Shown one piece after another: positions 22,873-33,104 of a stretch of 64,000 nucleotides of DNA (position 1 is the stretch's first letter; the number at the start of each line of letters is the position of its first letter). The translations under genes and the position numbers were made by a program. Source of the stretch: a virus; the IMG/VR virus record IMGVR_UViG_2721755586_000001, positions 24,063-88,062 of that record. One strand, 5' to 3'. The notes under the pieces are model-generated. The model ran no database searches and was not told where the DNA came from. It worked only from the letters and a program-made list of their open reading frames with translations.

Positions 22873-23334
22873 TTATGCATCAAACTTAAAGCCAGTGTAT
22901 TCCTCAATGAACTTAATTTTGCTATGATCATTGATCTTAGAATCCTTTGCAACTTCAAATAGTTGGGCTTTTTCAGAATCTAATTTAATAGATTTTTTCA
23001 CATTGTCTTCAAATGATTTTTGAGTCTTAAGAGTTAAAATCTTTTTAATCGTTTCCTGATCAATAACATTTTGAGTAGTATCGTCACTTTCAAATCCTAA
23101 ATGAACTCTAGTTTCTTTGTCGTCAATATAAATCTTAGCGTGAGATCCAACCCCATCAGTTCCAGCAAACATTTTCACATTATCATAAACTTGGGACTGA
23201 ACTTCAGCTACAGTAATTTGTCTTACTCCGTTCGCAGGAAGTTTGAAATCTCCATTAGACTCAAACTTTTTGAAGTACAAATCCCAAGAACACAAGTTTT
23301 TGATTTTAATTTTCTTATCTAAATCGATTGACAT
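22873..23334 (-). CDS. Hypothetical protein (YonA position)
   Basis: 153 aa, RBS GGAGGG. Confidence 0.55.
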   Translation of the reverse strand: MSIDLDKKIKIKNLCSWDLYFKKFESNGDFKLPANGVRQITVAEVQSQVYDNVKMFAGTDGVGSHAKIYIDDKETRVHLGFESDDTTQNVIDQETIKKILTLKTQKSFEDNVKKSIKLDSEKAQLFEVAKDSKINDHSKIKFIEEYTGFKFDA

Positions 23335-23381
23335 TATATCCCTCCGTGTTTAAGGAGGGACAATGCCCTCCATATTAAATA

Positions 23382-24488
23382 TTATTCTGGTGTGATTTCG
23401 AAATTTTCATCTCGGATTAAGCCGATTTGATGTTCCATGCCCTCAGCAACTCCAGCACCTAGTTCCAAATCAAAACGAGTGATTTCAGTACCAGTGACCA
23501 CATCATTACCTGTCATAGTTGAGATTCCGCCTTTTTGGAACACTTGCAGTGGTGATTTAGCACCTTGAGGAATGAAGAAGAGGAGGCCTTCTGGAAGATA
23601 AGTTTTGAAGTTGTCCTTAGCTTTATTTAGCTCTGTCAGATTGTAGCTGTTTGGAAGCTCGACAATAGAAGATCCTTTGTATGTACTCAGTAAACCAGTT
23701 TTTCTGATCTCATCCATAACTGACTCAGGCAATTTTGTGCTTGAAGCATCTCCAGCCACAGCTTGGAATCCTGCGAAATCATTTAACTGCGAAACAACTG
23801 AATAGTCTCCCACAATTGAAGGTTGTCCAAATCTGCGAATCTTCTTAATCGTGTCATCCACAGCACTCTTAGCAATACCAGGGCTTTCAGAGAAATATTT
23901 TACGCCTTTAGCCTTTTTGATAGCATTAAACATTTCATTTACTACGTAATACATCGCCTTATTCATCATGTCGATTTGAACTTGATCCATGCCTTCAGCG
24001 ACCTTGTCGAGATTACCACTCATAATTTCACGGTAGTTTACTGCGTAACCGGATGAAATGGTTTGAGTAGCAATCGGGTATTCTCTCCAAGTTGTAGTTG
24101 CGAATGGAACATCACCACGAGAAGCTTGAAAACCACTTCTAATCGACTCATGTGCATATGTCGTCATCATAGGCTGTTCATCATAGCCGATTGGTTTAAA
24201 ATTGCCCATGAAATCGAACAATTTTAAAGCTGAAATTAACTTAGGTTCAATTGCAAACCTTACAATTTGATTGATTTCAGCTTTAGCAACTGGATTGCCA
24301 GCCAGAGCTTGGTCTCCTAAATTTTTGACGTGCTTCATAGCAGCGTCGACTTTAGCGCCGTTGAATTTAGACAAGTCCTTACCAGTTGCCACCGCAGAAA
24401 AGATTTCTACGAGTGGGGACTTAGTGTTTAACTTAGAATGTGTAAATACATCAGAATCACGTCTTGCGTTGTTTAATTCAATTTTCAT
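23382..24488 (-). CDS. yonB: Major capsid protein (YonB position)
   Basis: 368 aa, strong RBS; follows scaffold and decoration genes; called from size and synteny. Confidence 0.7.
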   Translation of the reverse strand: MKIELNNARRDSDVFTHSKLNTKSPLVEIFSAVATGKDLSKFNGAKVDAAMKHVKNLGDQALAGNPVAKAEINQIVRFAIEPKLISALKLFDFMGNFKPIGYDEQPMMTTYAHESIRSGFQASRGDVPFATTTWREYPIATQTISSGYAVNYREIMSGNLDKVAEGMDQVQIDMMNKAMYYVVNEMFNAIKKAKGVKYFSESPGIAKSAVDDTIKKIRRFGQPSIVGDYSVVSQLNDFAGFQAVAGDASSTKLPESVMDEIRKTGLLSTYKGSSIVELPNSYNLTELNKAKDNFKTYLPEGLLFFIPQGAKSPLQVFQKGGISTMTGNDVVTGTEITRFDLELGAGVAEGMEHQIGLIRDENFEITPE

Positions 24489-24512
24489 TATTTAATTCCT
24501 CCAGCGATAGAA

Positions 24513-24977
24513 TTAGCCCTGAACCGTAAGATAAAGTCCATTGCCACCGAATGTTGTATTTTCAAGCACTTTAAGTTTTACTTTATATTCATCATCTGTA
24601 CCGTCAGATTTAACCCATTTTCCTGAGCCGTCAGCGGCAGGTACTAAAACATCGTTTTTCACAATGTTTTCGAAGTCAGCCACAGTATCTTGGCTAAGTT
24701 CGATAGGCAAGCCAATGCAATCCGCCAATCGGAAAGCTCTTACAAACTCATTTTTCAAAACCTTGAAATCGGCTTTGTTTCTAATTTCAGGCTTGTCGAT
24801 GATATTTCCTACTACATAAACATCTCCTTTAGCAGCAGCTGCGGATGAAGGGGTAGGAGCTAGTCCTGTAGAATCGTCAGGCACAACTACATAACCAGGA
24901 ACCAGATCTTTTGTAGCTTTACATCTTGGATTATTTCGCACTTGCTTAAAAGCGCCAATAGTTCCGAATTTAAACAT
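24513..24977 (-). CDS. Probable capsid decoration protein (YonC position)
   Basis: 154 aa beta-rich protein between scaffold/protease and capsid genes. Confidence 0.55.
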   Translation of the reverse strand: MFKFGTIGAFKQVRNNPRCKATKDLVPGYVVVPDDSTGLAPTPSSAAAAKGDVYVVGNIIDKPEIRNKADFKVLKNEFVRAFRLADCIGLPIELSQDTVADFENIVKNDVLVPAADGSGKWVKSDGTDDEYKVKLKVLENTTFGGNGLYLTVQG

Positions 24978-25011
24978 TCAATTTCCTCTTTTCTATAAAA
25001 GTCTTATTTTA

Positions 25012-26151
25012 TTAATAAAGTTCCTCAATAGTTACAGAAGCTTCATTACCAATTTCATTAATTTCTGAGTAAATATCGTTTGTGCTATTAATCTCAGTTG
25101 TTGTTTGTTTCATTCTTTGGCTAATGTAAGATTGTGCAATAGCTGAGTTAATTTCTGAAACGATTTGGTCTTTTAACTCCTCAGTAGGGGAGGCAGAGAA
25201 GAGCTCAATTTTTTCTTTGGCTACAGATTTTTCATCTTCTGTATATCGGGAAAGGTGTTGATTCAACTCTGTTTTCAAAGATTCCTCTGTAACTGATTTT
25301 TTAAATTCCTTCAAAGAGTTAAGTTCAGCATCTGCTTTTTCTTTGTCCTCTTTAGCTTTTTTAACTTCTTCATCTTTAGCCTCAGTTTTAGATTTCTCAT
25401 CTTTAACTGCTTGCACTGCTGCATTAAGCTCATCTGTTTTTTTAGTAAGTAATTCATTTAATTCAGCAACCTTAGCTTCTAGAGATTCAATATCCACTTT
25501 AAGTTTCTCGTTAAGTTCCACAAGGGCTTCTTTTTCTTTAGACAAGATTTTATCCTCCTTATTTTTGCTATTTAGCTCTAACATCACTGCTGTGTCATCT
25601 GCTGGATCAATGCCTAATATCGCATCTCCAGTAAAGTCAAAGATCATAGGGACACGACCTTCTTCTTTATATCCACCTTCATATTCAATATTCGTTCTTC
25701 CTTCTACAGCGGATATTTCTACAGATGTCTCAGGGAAATCACCATCAAACATTTTCGACTTCAACCACTGAACAAATTTAGGATACCTCTGGTTGTAAAT
25801 GTATCCTTCGCCAATGAGTACACGTTTTTGTTTCCCTTTCACTTCAATAGAATCAATGAAGCCATTAGTTGTAACGCCTACAACCGCACTATTCTCAAAC
25901 AATGGTGTACCATCTTTGATTTCAGTTAGCCCATGTCCAAACGGCTCACTATTCTCATAATCAATAAACTCAACACATAGGGGCATCCCTTGAATAGAAT
26001 CTAAGTTAGCTTTAATGTGCTTTTCCAGCCAGGTGATACCGTTTTTATTGAATTGAGAGTTATTTTCGTGTATTTCTAGGACTACCCATTTCAAATAAGT
26101 CCTACCATTAACTTTCTTGTTATTGTTAATTTCTAAAATTGCACTTTTCAA
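25012..26151 (-). CDS. yonD: Prohead protease/scaffold protein
   Basis: N-terminal globular domain (ETSVEI, DPAD motifs) plus long acidic coiled-coil C-terminus. Confidence 0.7.
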   Translation of the reverse strand: MKSAILEINNNKKVNGRTYLKWVVLEIHENNSQFNKNGITWLEKHIKANLDSIQGMPLCVEFIDYENSEPFGHGLTEIKDGTPLFENSAVVGVTTNGFIDSIEVKGKQKRVLIGEGYIYNQRYPKFVQWLKSKMFDGDFPETSVEISAVEGRTNIEYEGGYKEEGRVPMIFDFTGDAILGIDPADDTAVMLELNSKNKEDKILSKEKEALVELNEKLKVDIESLEAKVAELNELLTKKTDELNAAVQAVKDEKSKTEAKDEEVKKAKEDKEKADAELNSLKEFKKSVTEESLKTELNQHLSRYTEDEKSVAKEKIELFSASPTEELKDQIVSEINSAIAQSYISQRMKQTTTEINSTNDIYSEINEIGNEASVTIEELY

Positions 26152-26169
26152 GTAAATTTACACCTCCTT

Positions 26170-27708
26170 TCAAGATCCCGAAGGTGTCCCGTTACTGTTA
26201 TTAGTTTTAGATTTAATGGTATTCTCGTTCTGCGAGTCTTTTTCTGGAGCGCCAGCTTTTTTATCTTTGCTTAGCGTGAATGATGTTTCATGGACTGGGT
26301 ATTTCTCATCGAATTTTTCTTGTTTTTCGTATTCCATTAAAGATATATAAGCATCAGGATTCCATCCAGTTGCTGCAATCCATGCAGTCAAACTTCCACG
26401 ACCACTGGTGTACAAATCTTTCATGTTCTGAACTTTTTCTTTTCTGTTAACGTGAGTAAGGGGGAGATAATAAACTTCAATAAATGATTTTGGATTCTTG
26501 ATAATATTTGCGTTAATTACCTTATTGAATTCATTGGAGATTTGTTCTAACCAGGAGAATATTTGAGAGGAGACCATTTCGATATTCGTTGATTGAGAGG
26601 AGTAGTTTCCATCTTGACCATTCAATGCTGAACCCGCAAAGCCCAGGTTAGTTGATATCCTTTTAATTAATTCGTCTTCACCTTTAACTTTCAGAAAATC
26701 AACGTTTGTTTCAAGCTTATTTAGCTTAGTTCCAGACGCTAATGAGAAAAATTTATATCCAGTCAAACCATTTCTTGAGCTAAGTGCATTTTTGATGCTT
26801 ATATGCTGTTGTTCTTGTTGTGTTTGAGAAAGGGAAGAAATACCTTTCTTTTCACCTTCAGGCAACGTTTGATAAATTAGAGTACTGTTTAGTTCATCTA
26901 AGATATTTCGTTTCGTATCAACAAAATAATCATCATAAACCATATCAACAAATGCAGCTAATCCTATAGGTCGACCCCATTGATCTTCTATACCTGCACT
27001 AGCTTTATTTGCGATAGTTCTATTGTTGTTTAACACAATCCAGCGTTTATTCAAATCCTTTTTATACTCGACATAACCTTGTCTAAACTCCTTCGGCCAC
27101 CTTTTAAGTTTCAAGGATCTGCCGTTACCTGTGAATTTATCAAAGTAAGATACATTAAACGCAACCAAATAAGAAGAGTTCTTCCGACCAACAATTTTAC
27201 AATAGTCAATAGGGAGCGTTAATACAGAACAATTAAAATCATCTCTGCTATTGATTTCAGTCATCCCTTCAATTTCAAGATCACTTAAGGTAGAAGGGAA
27301 GGGATCATCTCTAAAAGATTCAAAATAATGAAAAGAGGTTCCATAAGTACTCAACTTTCTAATAATATCTCTTGCAATTTCTTTATCGTTTATCTTAGAA
27401 AGAGCTTTTGTATAGTCAGCTTTATCTGAAACGAAACTGTCATGAGAGCTTGAATTTCCGTAGACAACTCTATCCAAAGTTACGAGCGAAACCATATAAT
27501 CAATCACATTTCGATAAATTCCATTTAAATTGTAGAGAAATTCTGAGGTTTCTCTGATTTGTTTATTGTATCTATTGTGGTCTTTTAGCCATGATTTAAC
27601 ATTTTCGTAATTGAAGGAGCCAGCAGAAGAAGAATAGTAAAGAGAAAGGGGGATAGGGGATGATAAATCTGTGTTAAATTCAAACGACTCACTTTTTTCC
27701 TTTTGCAA
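26170..27708 (-). CDS. yonE: Portal protein
   Basis: 512 aa between terminase and scaffold; WGRPIGLAAF motif typical of portals. Confidence 0.75.
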   Translation of the reverse strand: MQKEKSESFEFNTDLSSPIPLSLYYSSSAGSFNYENVKSWLKDHNRYNKQIRETSEFLYNLNGIYRNVIDYMVSLVTLDRVVYGNSSSHDSFVSDKADYTKALSKINDKEIARDIIRKLSTYGTSFHYFESFRDDPFPSTLSDLEIEGMTEINSRDDFNCSVLTLPIDYCKIVGRKNSSYLVAFNVSYFDKFTGNGRSLKLKRWPKEFRQGYVEYKKDLNKRWIVLNNNRTIANKASAGIEDQWGRPIGLAAFVDMVYDDYFVDTKRNILDELNSTLIYQTLPEGEKKGISSLSQTQQEQQHISIKNALSSRNGLTGYKFFSLASGTKLNKLETNVDFLKVKGEDELIKRISTNLGFAGSALNGQDGNYSSQSTNIEMVSSQIFSWLEQISNEFNKVINANIIKNPKSFIEVYYLPLTHVNRKEKVQNMKDLYTSGRGSLTAWIAATGWNPDAYISLMEYEKQEKFDEKYPVHETSFTLSKDKKAGAPEKDSQNENTIKSKTNNSNGTPSGS

Positions 27709-27726
27709 TATTCCACCTCCAATCGT

Positions 27727-29475
27727 TTAATTGAAAAAGAAACCGAACGAATACTCATCGTTGGATTCTTCTTTTTCTAAAAATAAAGCAATATAATATA
27801 ATGCATAAGCTATAGCGCTGTATCTGTCTTTATCTATTCGTTTAACCACTTGCTCTACACTAAAAGAATTTTGATTTTTTTTAATTCTTAAGTTGGCAAC
27901 TTCATCAATAAATAACTGTGTTTGAATGCAAGCAGCTTCTATCATCACATCATCTATTATTCCTTTTTGGTTTTTAATATCGTCATATGCCTTTAACAGC
28001 TTCAACTTACCAGATTCTACATAATCCAAGAATTGAGTGATAATGTCCTGGTTAATGCCTTGCGATTTCAAATTGTAAACAATCTCAGGGGAATTAGGAA
28101 CGTCAGGTTTTTGGTCAGTATTTATCGTAGCCCAGCATCCTAATTCTTCGTTGGTTTCTGGATCAGTGACATCTTCTAAAAGACGATCTATTAAACCACT
28201 TCCCACGCCGTTTCCATCTACAATAACTGCCTTGACTCTTGAGAGAGAAGAATCCTGATTACCTCCATAGTTTTTAAAAATTCTTTTAACAACTATAGAC
28301 TGCTCCTTGAAACTAAGTCCATTAGGGGGTTCAATTATATTTACAACTTGAACTTGTCTAATCAGATTGTTGCTATTTCTAATAATCTTTAAAACAACAA
28401 TTGCTGTTTTGTTGTTGGATTCAGCTGCAGATCTCGCAACATCGACACCTATGACGTATTCGTTCAATAAGAAATTTTTGTTCTTATCTTTAGGACACGA
28501 AAGCTCTGGCTGAGTTATTGTTCTAGCTTTAATGAGTTTACTGATATTAATGAGGGCTCCATCACTGGCACCTATCCAATCGCACAAGTAGTTCTGTCTG
28601 AAACGAGTGACATTTCCTTGTCTGGCTTTATTAATGGTCGACATTTTCTGCCTACCAAAATGAATTGGTATTCTCCAATCAGAACCGAACACAAACGAAC
28701 CTTTAAGATCGCCAGTTTCTTTAACCATAGTTAATATTTTTTCATACTCATCAGAGTTTTTGTAACCAGAAGTGGAAAAGCGGTTTATTTGACCGTTGAG
28801 CTCAGTTGGATCAATTTCACCAGTCATTGTAGTTCGAGGGATATTGAAAATAGGTTCAATGGCATCGTCGTACAAATCTTTATCAATCAATGCAGATTCT
28901 TCCAAAGAACCTCTTCTTCTACGAAGTCCTTTCGAGGACTGTGCATTTGCAAGGTTATCAATGATTGCACCATTTTGAAACTCCACTCTGCCAGTGTCTT
29001 TAGAGAAACTCTCACTTTTAATCTCGTCAGCCATTGCAGGATAGAATCTTAAAATCTCATCATGTTTTTCTTTCCAAATTTTTACCGCTGATTCTTTAGT
29101 AGAAGCTGTGATAGCTAATGTTATATTAGGAAAGCAAATCGCTGTATGATAAGCAACCATAATTTGAGTAAGGGTTTTCGATCCGCCACGAGGAATGCAA
29201 AAATAGTTTTGGGGGAACCGACTAAGAGTTCGCATCATTATTCTTTGATACAAATCAAGTTCTATGCCACCGACATCAGGTTTGAGCATATCGTAAAATA
29301 TATCTGGATAAAACCGAATAAATGAAGTGAATTCAGCCCATTTAGATATGTTCTTTTTGATGATGTTTTTCTCACCATCTCGATCTAAAGGTGTTTCGAA
29401 AGAGGATTCATAAATATCGTTTCTGTCGTTACTGTTCTTCTGATTTTTAGAAGTGAAGTTTTTATAACTAGCCAT
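27727..29475 (-). CDS. yonF: Terminase large subunit
   Basis: Walker A PRGGSKT, Walker B-like GSLEES, nuclease IGVDVA, VDGNGVG and KDRYSA; no intein apparent. Confidence 0.9.
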   Translation of the reverse strand: MASYKNFTSKNQKNSNDRNDIYESSFETPLDRDGEKNIIKKNISKWAEFTSFIRFYPDIFYDMLKPDVGGIELDLYQRIMMRTLSRFPQNYFCIPRGGSKTLTQIMVAYHTAICFPNITLAITASTKESAVKIWKEKHDEILRFYPAMADEIKSESFSKDTGRVEFQNGAIIDNLANAQSSKGLRRRRGSLEESALIDKDLYDDAIEPIFNIPRTTMTGEIDPTELNGQINRFSTSGYKNSDEYEKILTMVKETGDLKGSFVFGSDWRIPIHFGRQKMSTINKARQGNVTRFRQNYLCDWIGASDGALINISKLIKARTITQPELSCPKDKNKNFLLNEYVIGVDVARSAAESNNKTAIVVLKIIRNSNNLIRQVQVVNIIEPPNGLSFKEQSIVVKRIFKNYGGNQDSSLSRVKAVIVDGNGVGSGLIDRLLEDVTDPETNEELGCWATINTDQKPDVPNSPEIVYNLKSQGINQDIITQFLDYVESGKLKLLKAYDDIKNQKGIIDDVMIEAACIQTQLFIDEVANLRIKKNQNSFSVEQVVKRIDKDRYSAIAYALYYIALFLEKEESNDEYSFGFFFN

Positions 29476-30491
29476 TACTCATCTTCACCATTTTCATACA
29501 ATGGCTCAGTATATATTTTACCTAAATCCCTGAACACATTATTTCTTTCTTCTTTCGACTTTTTGATTTGATCATCAGTCAGACCCTTAGATTTAAAATC
29601 CTCTTCAAGCATTTCATCATAAAAGTGATAAATATCTTCATAATTAACAGGCTCTTTATCTTCTAATCTTCTGTAATAATTTATTATTGCCCAAATGATT
29701 AAGTCGGCATCATCATAGGGTTGAGCGGTCAATCGAGGAAGAAGTGGGATGATACCTAATTCTGTTTCCACAGCTTCAAAAAGTTGTGTGATAACATCTA
29801 CACCGCCGCTAATATCACTCTTACTGAGCTGCGAGACGTTGATCTTAGCGTCAGTAGCAGCTTTAGAAGCAAGCGATCCCCATTCTTTAGCTTCTTTAAC
29901 ATCACCTCTTGCGGTGGCCATCTCTTCTTTGACACGAAATCTTATAAACGATAGCAAACCTTCGGTATGCAGTGCCGTTTTCTCACCGTAGCTTCTAATT
30001 AGCTTGACATACTTACGTTCAAATTGTTTGTACTCATCCAGAGTGTATCCCGATCCCCATTTATCAATCATGTCATCTGTAATTTCTGTAGAGTAATCAG
30101 TTGACGAAGGGGAGGGAGTATTATCAACACTCATACTATTAGCTTCAGTTTCTATGCAACTATCTTTCCAGCACGTTCCATTGAATTGCTTTAAAGAGTT
30201 GGCCATTGTGATGTAAGCACTGAACGTGTCTGTTTTTCTCTGAATGGCTTGCTCCCAGTACAATGGATCAAACTTTACGTCCATTTGTTGAAGAGTGTTA
30301 TATACGGTTTCCATGTCATCATAATTAATCGTTTTCTTTAAACACGTTTTGCAAATAGGGAATTTTCCAATCTTTTCGTACAACTTGTTTTTTGTGTTAT
30401 AAAAACCATTCATTTTATCCTTTTCTTTAAGACAATCTAAACATTTCAAATGTTCTTTTCCTTTTTTGACTACCACATATAACACCTCCAT
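29475..30491 (-). CDS. Zn-binding protein upstream of terminase (YonG position; possible small terminase)
   Basis: CLDC and CKTC pairs at the N-terminus; coupled to the terminase gene. Confidence 0.55.
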   Translation of the reverse strand: MEVLYVVVKKGKEHLKCLDCLKEKDKMNGFYNTKNKLYEKIGKFPICKTCLKKTINYDDMETVYNTLQQMDVKFDPLYWEQAIQRKTDTFSAYITMANSLKQFNGTCWKDSCIETEANSMSVDNTPSPSSTDYSTEITDDMIDKWGSGYTLDEYKQFERKYVKLIRSYGEKTALHTEGLLSFIRFRVKEEMATARGDVKEAKEWGSLASKAATDAKINVSQLSKSDISGGVDVITQLFEAVETELGIIPLLPRLTAQPYDDADLIIWAIINYYRRLEDKEPVNYEDIYHFYDEMLEEDFKSKGLTDDQIKKSKEERNNVFRDLGKIYTEPLYENGEDE

Positions 30492-30553
30492 AAAACATAT
30501 TTTACGAAACGCCTAGTTTAGAGACTAGACGCTTTAAAAATATGCTGTAATAG

Positions 30554-30982
30554 TTAAATGATTTTATCCATGTAAGTTAATTCTCCACTTTTCGAAATGC
30601 GCACTTTTCTTCCTCTTGATTCCTCAATCATCATGTCAAATAAACCCTGACCCATGCCAGCTGTATCGATAAACAACCTTGAAGGGCGATGACTTAAAAT
30701 AAATTCAATGATCGATATCGCTTGCGCTCTAATAGAAGATCGTACACTTGTCAAAGTTAAATTTTTTCCTGAGTTTAATTCCATGTCTATTAAAACTATT
30801 CTCGAAAAATCCCGACCAGGATCTACATACATTATCAGATCTTTTCCTTTAGCCGAATCTATCCGAAACCTACGCAATGCTTCAAAAATCTCTTGATCGC
30901 ATTTATAACCAACTTCTTTAAGCCGAGCGAGAACTTGTAAATATTCAAATAGATCGTTTTTTGTCAGTTGTTCAATCATCAT
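30554..30982 (-). CDS. Small protein with terminase-nuclease-like (RNase H fold) motifs
   Basis: MYVDPGRD and LFIDTAGMGQGLFD resemble IGVDVAR and VIVDGNGVGSGLID of the adjacent terminase. Confidence 0.5.
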   Translation of the reverse strand: MMIEQLTKNDLFEYLQVLARLKEVGYKCDQEIFEALRRFRIDSAKGKDLIMYVDPGRDFSRIVLIDMELNSGKNLTLTSVRSSIRAQAISIIEFILSHRPSRLFIDTAGMGQGLFDMMIEESRGRKVRISKSGELTYMDKII

Positions 30983-31025
30983 TCATCATCCTCATCAATA
31001 AATTAAGTTAAAATTAAAGTTTTAA

Positions 31026-31436
31026 TTAAAATCTTTGATTCCCAACTCCAACATTCATTTTAAAGACCATCGGTACATAAAGCTGCTTTTTCAGTTCAGC
31101 AATATCTTTATAAGTGTTAGATAGAGCAAAGTGGGCTTTATAATCTTTTTGGGATAGAGATTCCACAATAGAACTTTGTAAATATTTTTCTACCTTTTTT
31201 AACTTCTCTGTAGATGCATTGAAAAAATCGGAATGCTCCATTCTTTGCTCGAAAGTCAAAGAGGGACTCAGAACAGAAATTAACTCTTTCGCTGCTTTAA
31301 CCAATGTTTTAATTTCTGCATATGGAAGTTTCTTTTCTTTAAACTTCTTCTCGATTTCAATAATCGTATCTGCGGTACTTTTTTTAACAAAATCTACAGT
31401 TTGCATATTTTTCTCCTTTGTAGCGATTGGTCGCAA
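31026..31436 (-). CDS. Hypothetical protein
   Basis: 136 aa ORF. The true start is probably the MQTVDF Met, which follows AAGGAG. Confidence 0.55.
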   Translation of the reverse strand: MRPIATKEKNMQTVDFVKKSTADTIIEIEKKFKEKKLPYAEIKTLVKAAKELISVLSPSLTFEQRMEHSDFFNASTEKLKKVEKYLQSSIVESLSQKDYKAHFALSNTYKDIAELKKQLYVPMVFKMNVGVGNQRF

Positions 31437-31451
31437 CCCTATAAGTAATGA

Positions 31452-32672
31452 TTAATTAAGTATGTAATCGTACTGAATTGTTCTTCCTTTACCAGATTCG
31501 AATATTGTTAAGTTGGCACCAGCTTTTGCACCAGTCATTAAACTGTCACTGTACTCATCTGATCCCATAACAGAAGGGAGTTGTATCACTTGTACATTAT
31601 GACCAGCTGCTTCACCAACAGTTAGCATATTCCCATGATGAAAATGCGAGATATACATATAGTCATAAAACTTTCTTTTTAATTGAGAAAGATCACGAAT
31701 GGCATTCTTTTTATTCTTAATCTGATGTCCATGACAAGCAACGAACTCAAACTCTAGTAGATTGAAATCGACAATACCGTCATCATAAAGCGGTACTTCA
31801 ATTCTCTCGTTTTCTTGCAGCATGTCGTGAATATATGTTGCGATAATACGCTCAACATCTTCTTTAGGCATTTCGCCACGACTTGTCCCATGAAGTCTCA
31901 GTTCTGTGTGATTAGCAGAGGGGATATGTATGTATTTAATCTTCACATATTTAGATAGCTCTTTGAGCCATTCAACTTTATAACGTGAATATTTAATTAC
32001 TTGATCCATGAAACCGTATTGCAAAGGAGTTAACTGCGAAACACGCAAAGCCATTCCTTCAACACTATCAGCACCATTTAATACTACGAGTTCATTCAAG
32101 GACTCTTTTTGAATACATTCAACCGTATCACTTAATAACTGAGCCATTCTTTCAAGATAGATTTGTTCGTTGTATTCATTATTCAAACTTTTGAATTCTT
32201 TGCCAAAGTGCTCATCTCCAAAACCTAAGATTGCAGCTCTCTGTTTGTGGTTGGGTTGCAATACATTGAAAGAGGGGAGAGGGAGAGAAGGTTGATTCTC
32301 AATAGCAGCAGTAACATGTTCGTACATTAGTTCATTTCTGCCTTTGATTCTCGTTTTTTTGTGGATTTCATTCTTCATGGCTTGGAGCTTTTTACGTTCT
32401 TCCATAACTTCAATTTTCTTCAGTTCAAGTTCAACAATTGCTCCGTTACCTTCAGCGACAACTTCTTTTTGATAGTCACGACCTTCATTGAAGTTAGTAA
32501 ACCATTTTCGATAAGCCGATTCACCTTTTTTGTCGCCAGTTTCCTTGTTAATCACTTCAGCGACTTCATTCCAGTTGCTAAGGCCATATTCCTTATAATT
32601 TTCACAAATCCGCAGTTTCCACTGCTTCAGATTTTCATCAGAGTGACGTTTCAATTTAATTGGATCAATCAT
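31452..32672 (-). CDS. yonJ: Calcineurin-like metallophosphoesterase with N-terminal helical domain
   Basis: GDEHFG, GADSVEG, SANH, CHGH and SHFH metallophosphoesterase motifs. Confidence 0.75.
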   Translation of the reverse strand: MIDPIKLKRHSDENLKQWKLRICENYKEYGLSNWNEVAEVINKETGDKKGESAYRKWFTNFNEGRDYQKEVVAEGNGAIVELELKKIEVMEERKKLQAMKNEIHKKTRIKGRNELMYEHVTAAIENQPSLPLPSFNVLQPNHKQRAAILGFGDEHFGKEFKSLNNEYNEQIYLERMAQLLSDTVECIQKESLNELVVLNGADSVEGMALRVSQLTPLQYGFMDQVIKYSRYKVEWLKELSKYVKIKYIHIPSANHTELRLHGTSRGEMPKEDVERIIATYIHDMLQENERIEVPLYDDGIVDFNLLEFEFVACHGHQIKNKKNAIRDLSQLKRKFYDYMYISHFHHGNMLTVGEAAGHNVQVIQLPSVMGSDEYSDSLMTGAKAGANLTIFESGKGRTIQYDYILN

Positions 32673-32686
32673 TAATTCACCAACCT

Positions 32687-32878
32687 TTACTCATACTTAA
32701 CAGGAAGCTCATTAACTTCTTTGATGGAGATACTTACCTGTTTTCCGTTAAATTTAGATAAAATTTCTTTTAAGTCATACGGATTTTTTTCAGATTCTCT
32801 AGTTTGCTCAACAACTTCCATAACGTCCATATCAAAAATACCTTTTAAATCAACAGTCACAGTCTGTTTACTTGCCAT
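32687..32878 (-). CDS. yonK: YonK-family protein
   Basis: 63 aa; KGIFDMDVMEV...KEILSKFNGKQVSISIKEVNELPVK matches recalled SPbeta YonK. Confidence 0.85.
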   Translation of the reverse strand: MASKQTVTVDLKGIFDMDVMEVVEQTRESEKNPYDLKEILSKFNGKQVSISIKEVNELPVKYE

Positions 32879-32924
32879 TATAAAACCTCCAAAATATATG
32901 TAATTTTTATTTATTTAGACCGAA

Positions 32925-33041
32925 TAAATTCCTTCGGATGCCCAATGCCGACACATTGGAACACCCGAAAAAGGAGAGATTGAAAAGAAGTAATAAGAAG
33001 AAATGTCGGAAGGGTGTTGGGGAAACACCCGAAGGAATTTA
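32925..33041 (-). ncRNA. Candidate structured RNA closed by a 13-bp terminal helix
   Basis: TAAATTCCTTCGG (32925-32937) is the exact reverse complement of CCGAAGGAATTTA (33029-33041); internal GGGTGTT/AACACCC and CCGACA/TGTCGG pairings. Strand inferred from operon direction. Confidence 0.5.
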
Positions 33042-33104
33042 CTAAATAGAATAACCTCTTTACATAGGAAAGAGGTGGGGAAGAAACTGATTTAATTAGC
33101 AAAA

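Noticed and set aside
620-32675. Numerous short plus-strand ORFs in the track opposite the late genes (e.g. 2151-2504, 7224-7625, 17846-18163, 25343-25771, 32361-32675)
   Set aside because: They lie antisense within long, motif-bearing genes, lack RBSs and have shadow-frame composition.
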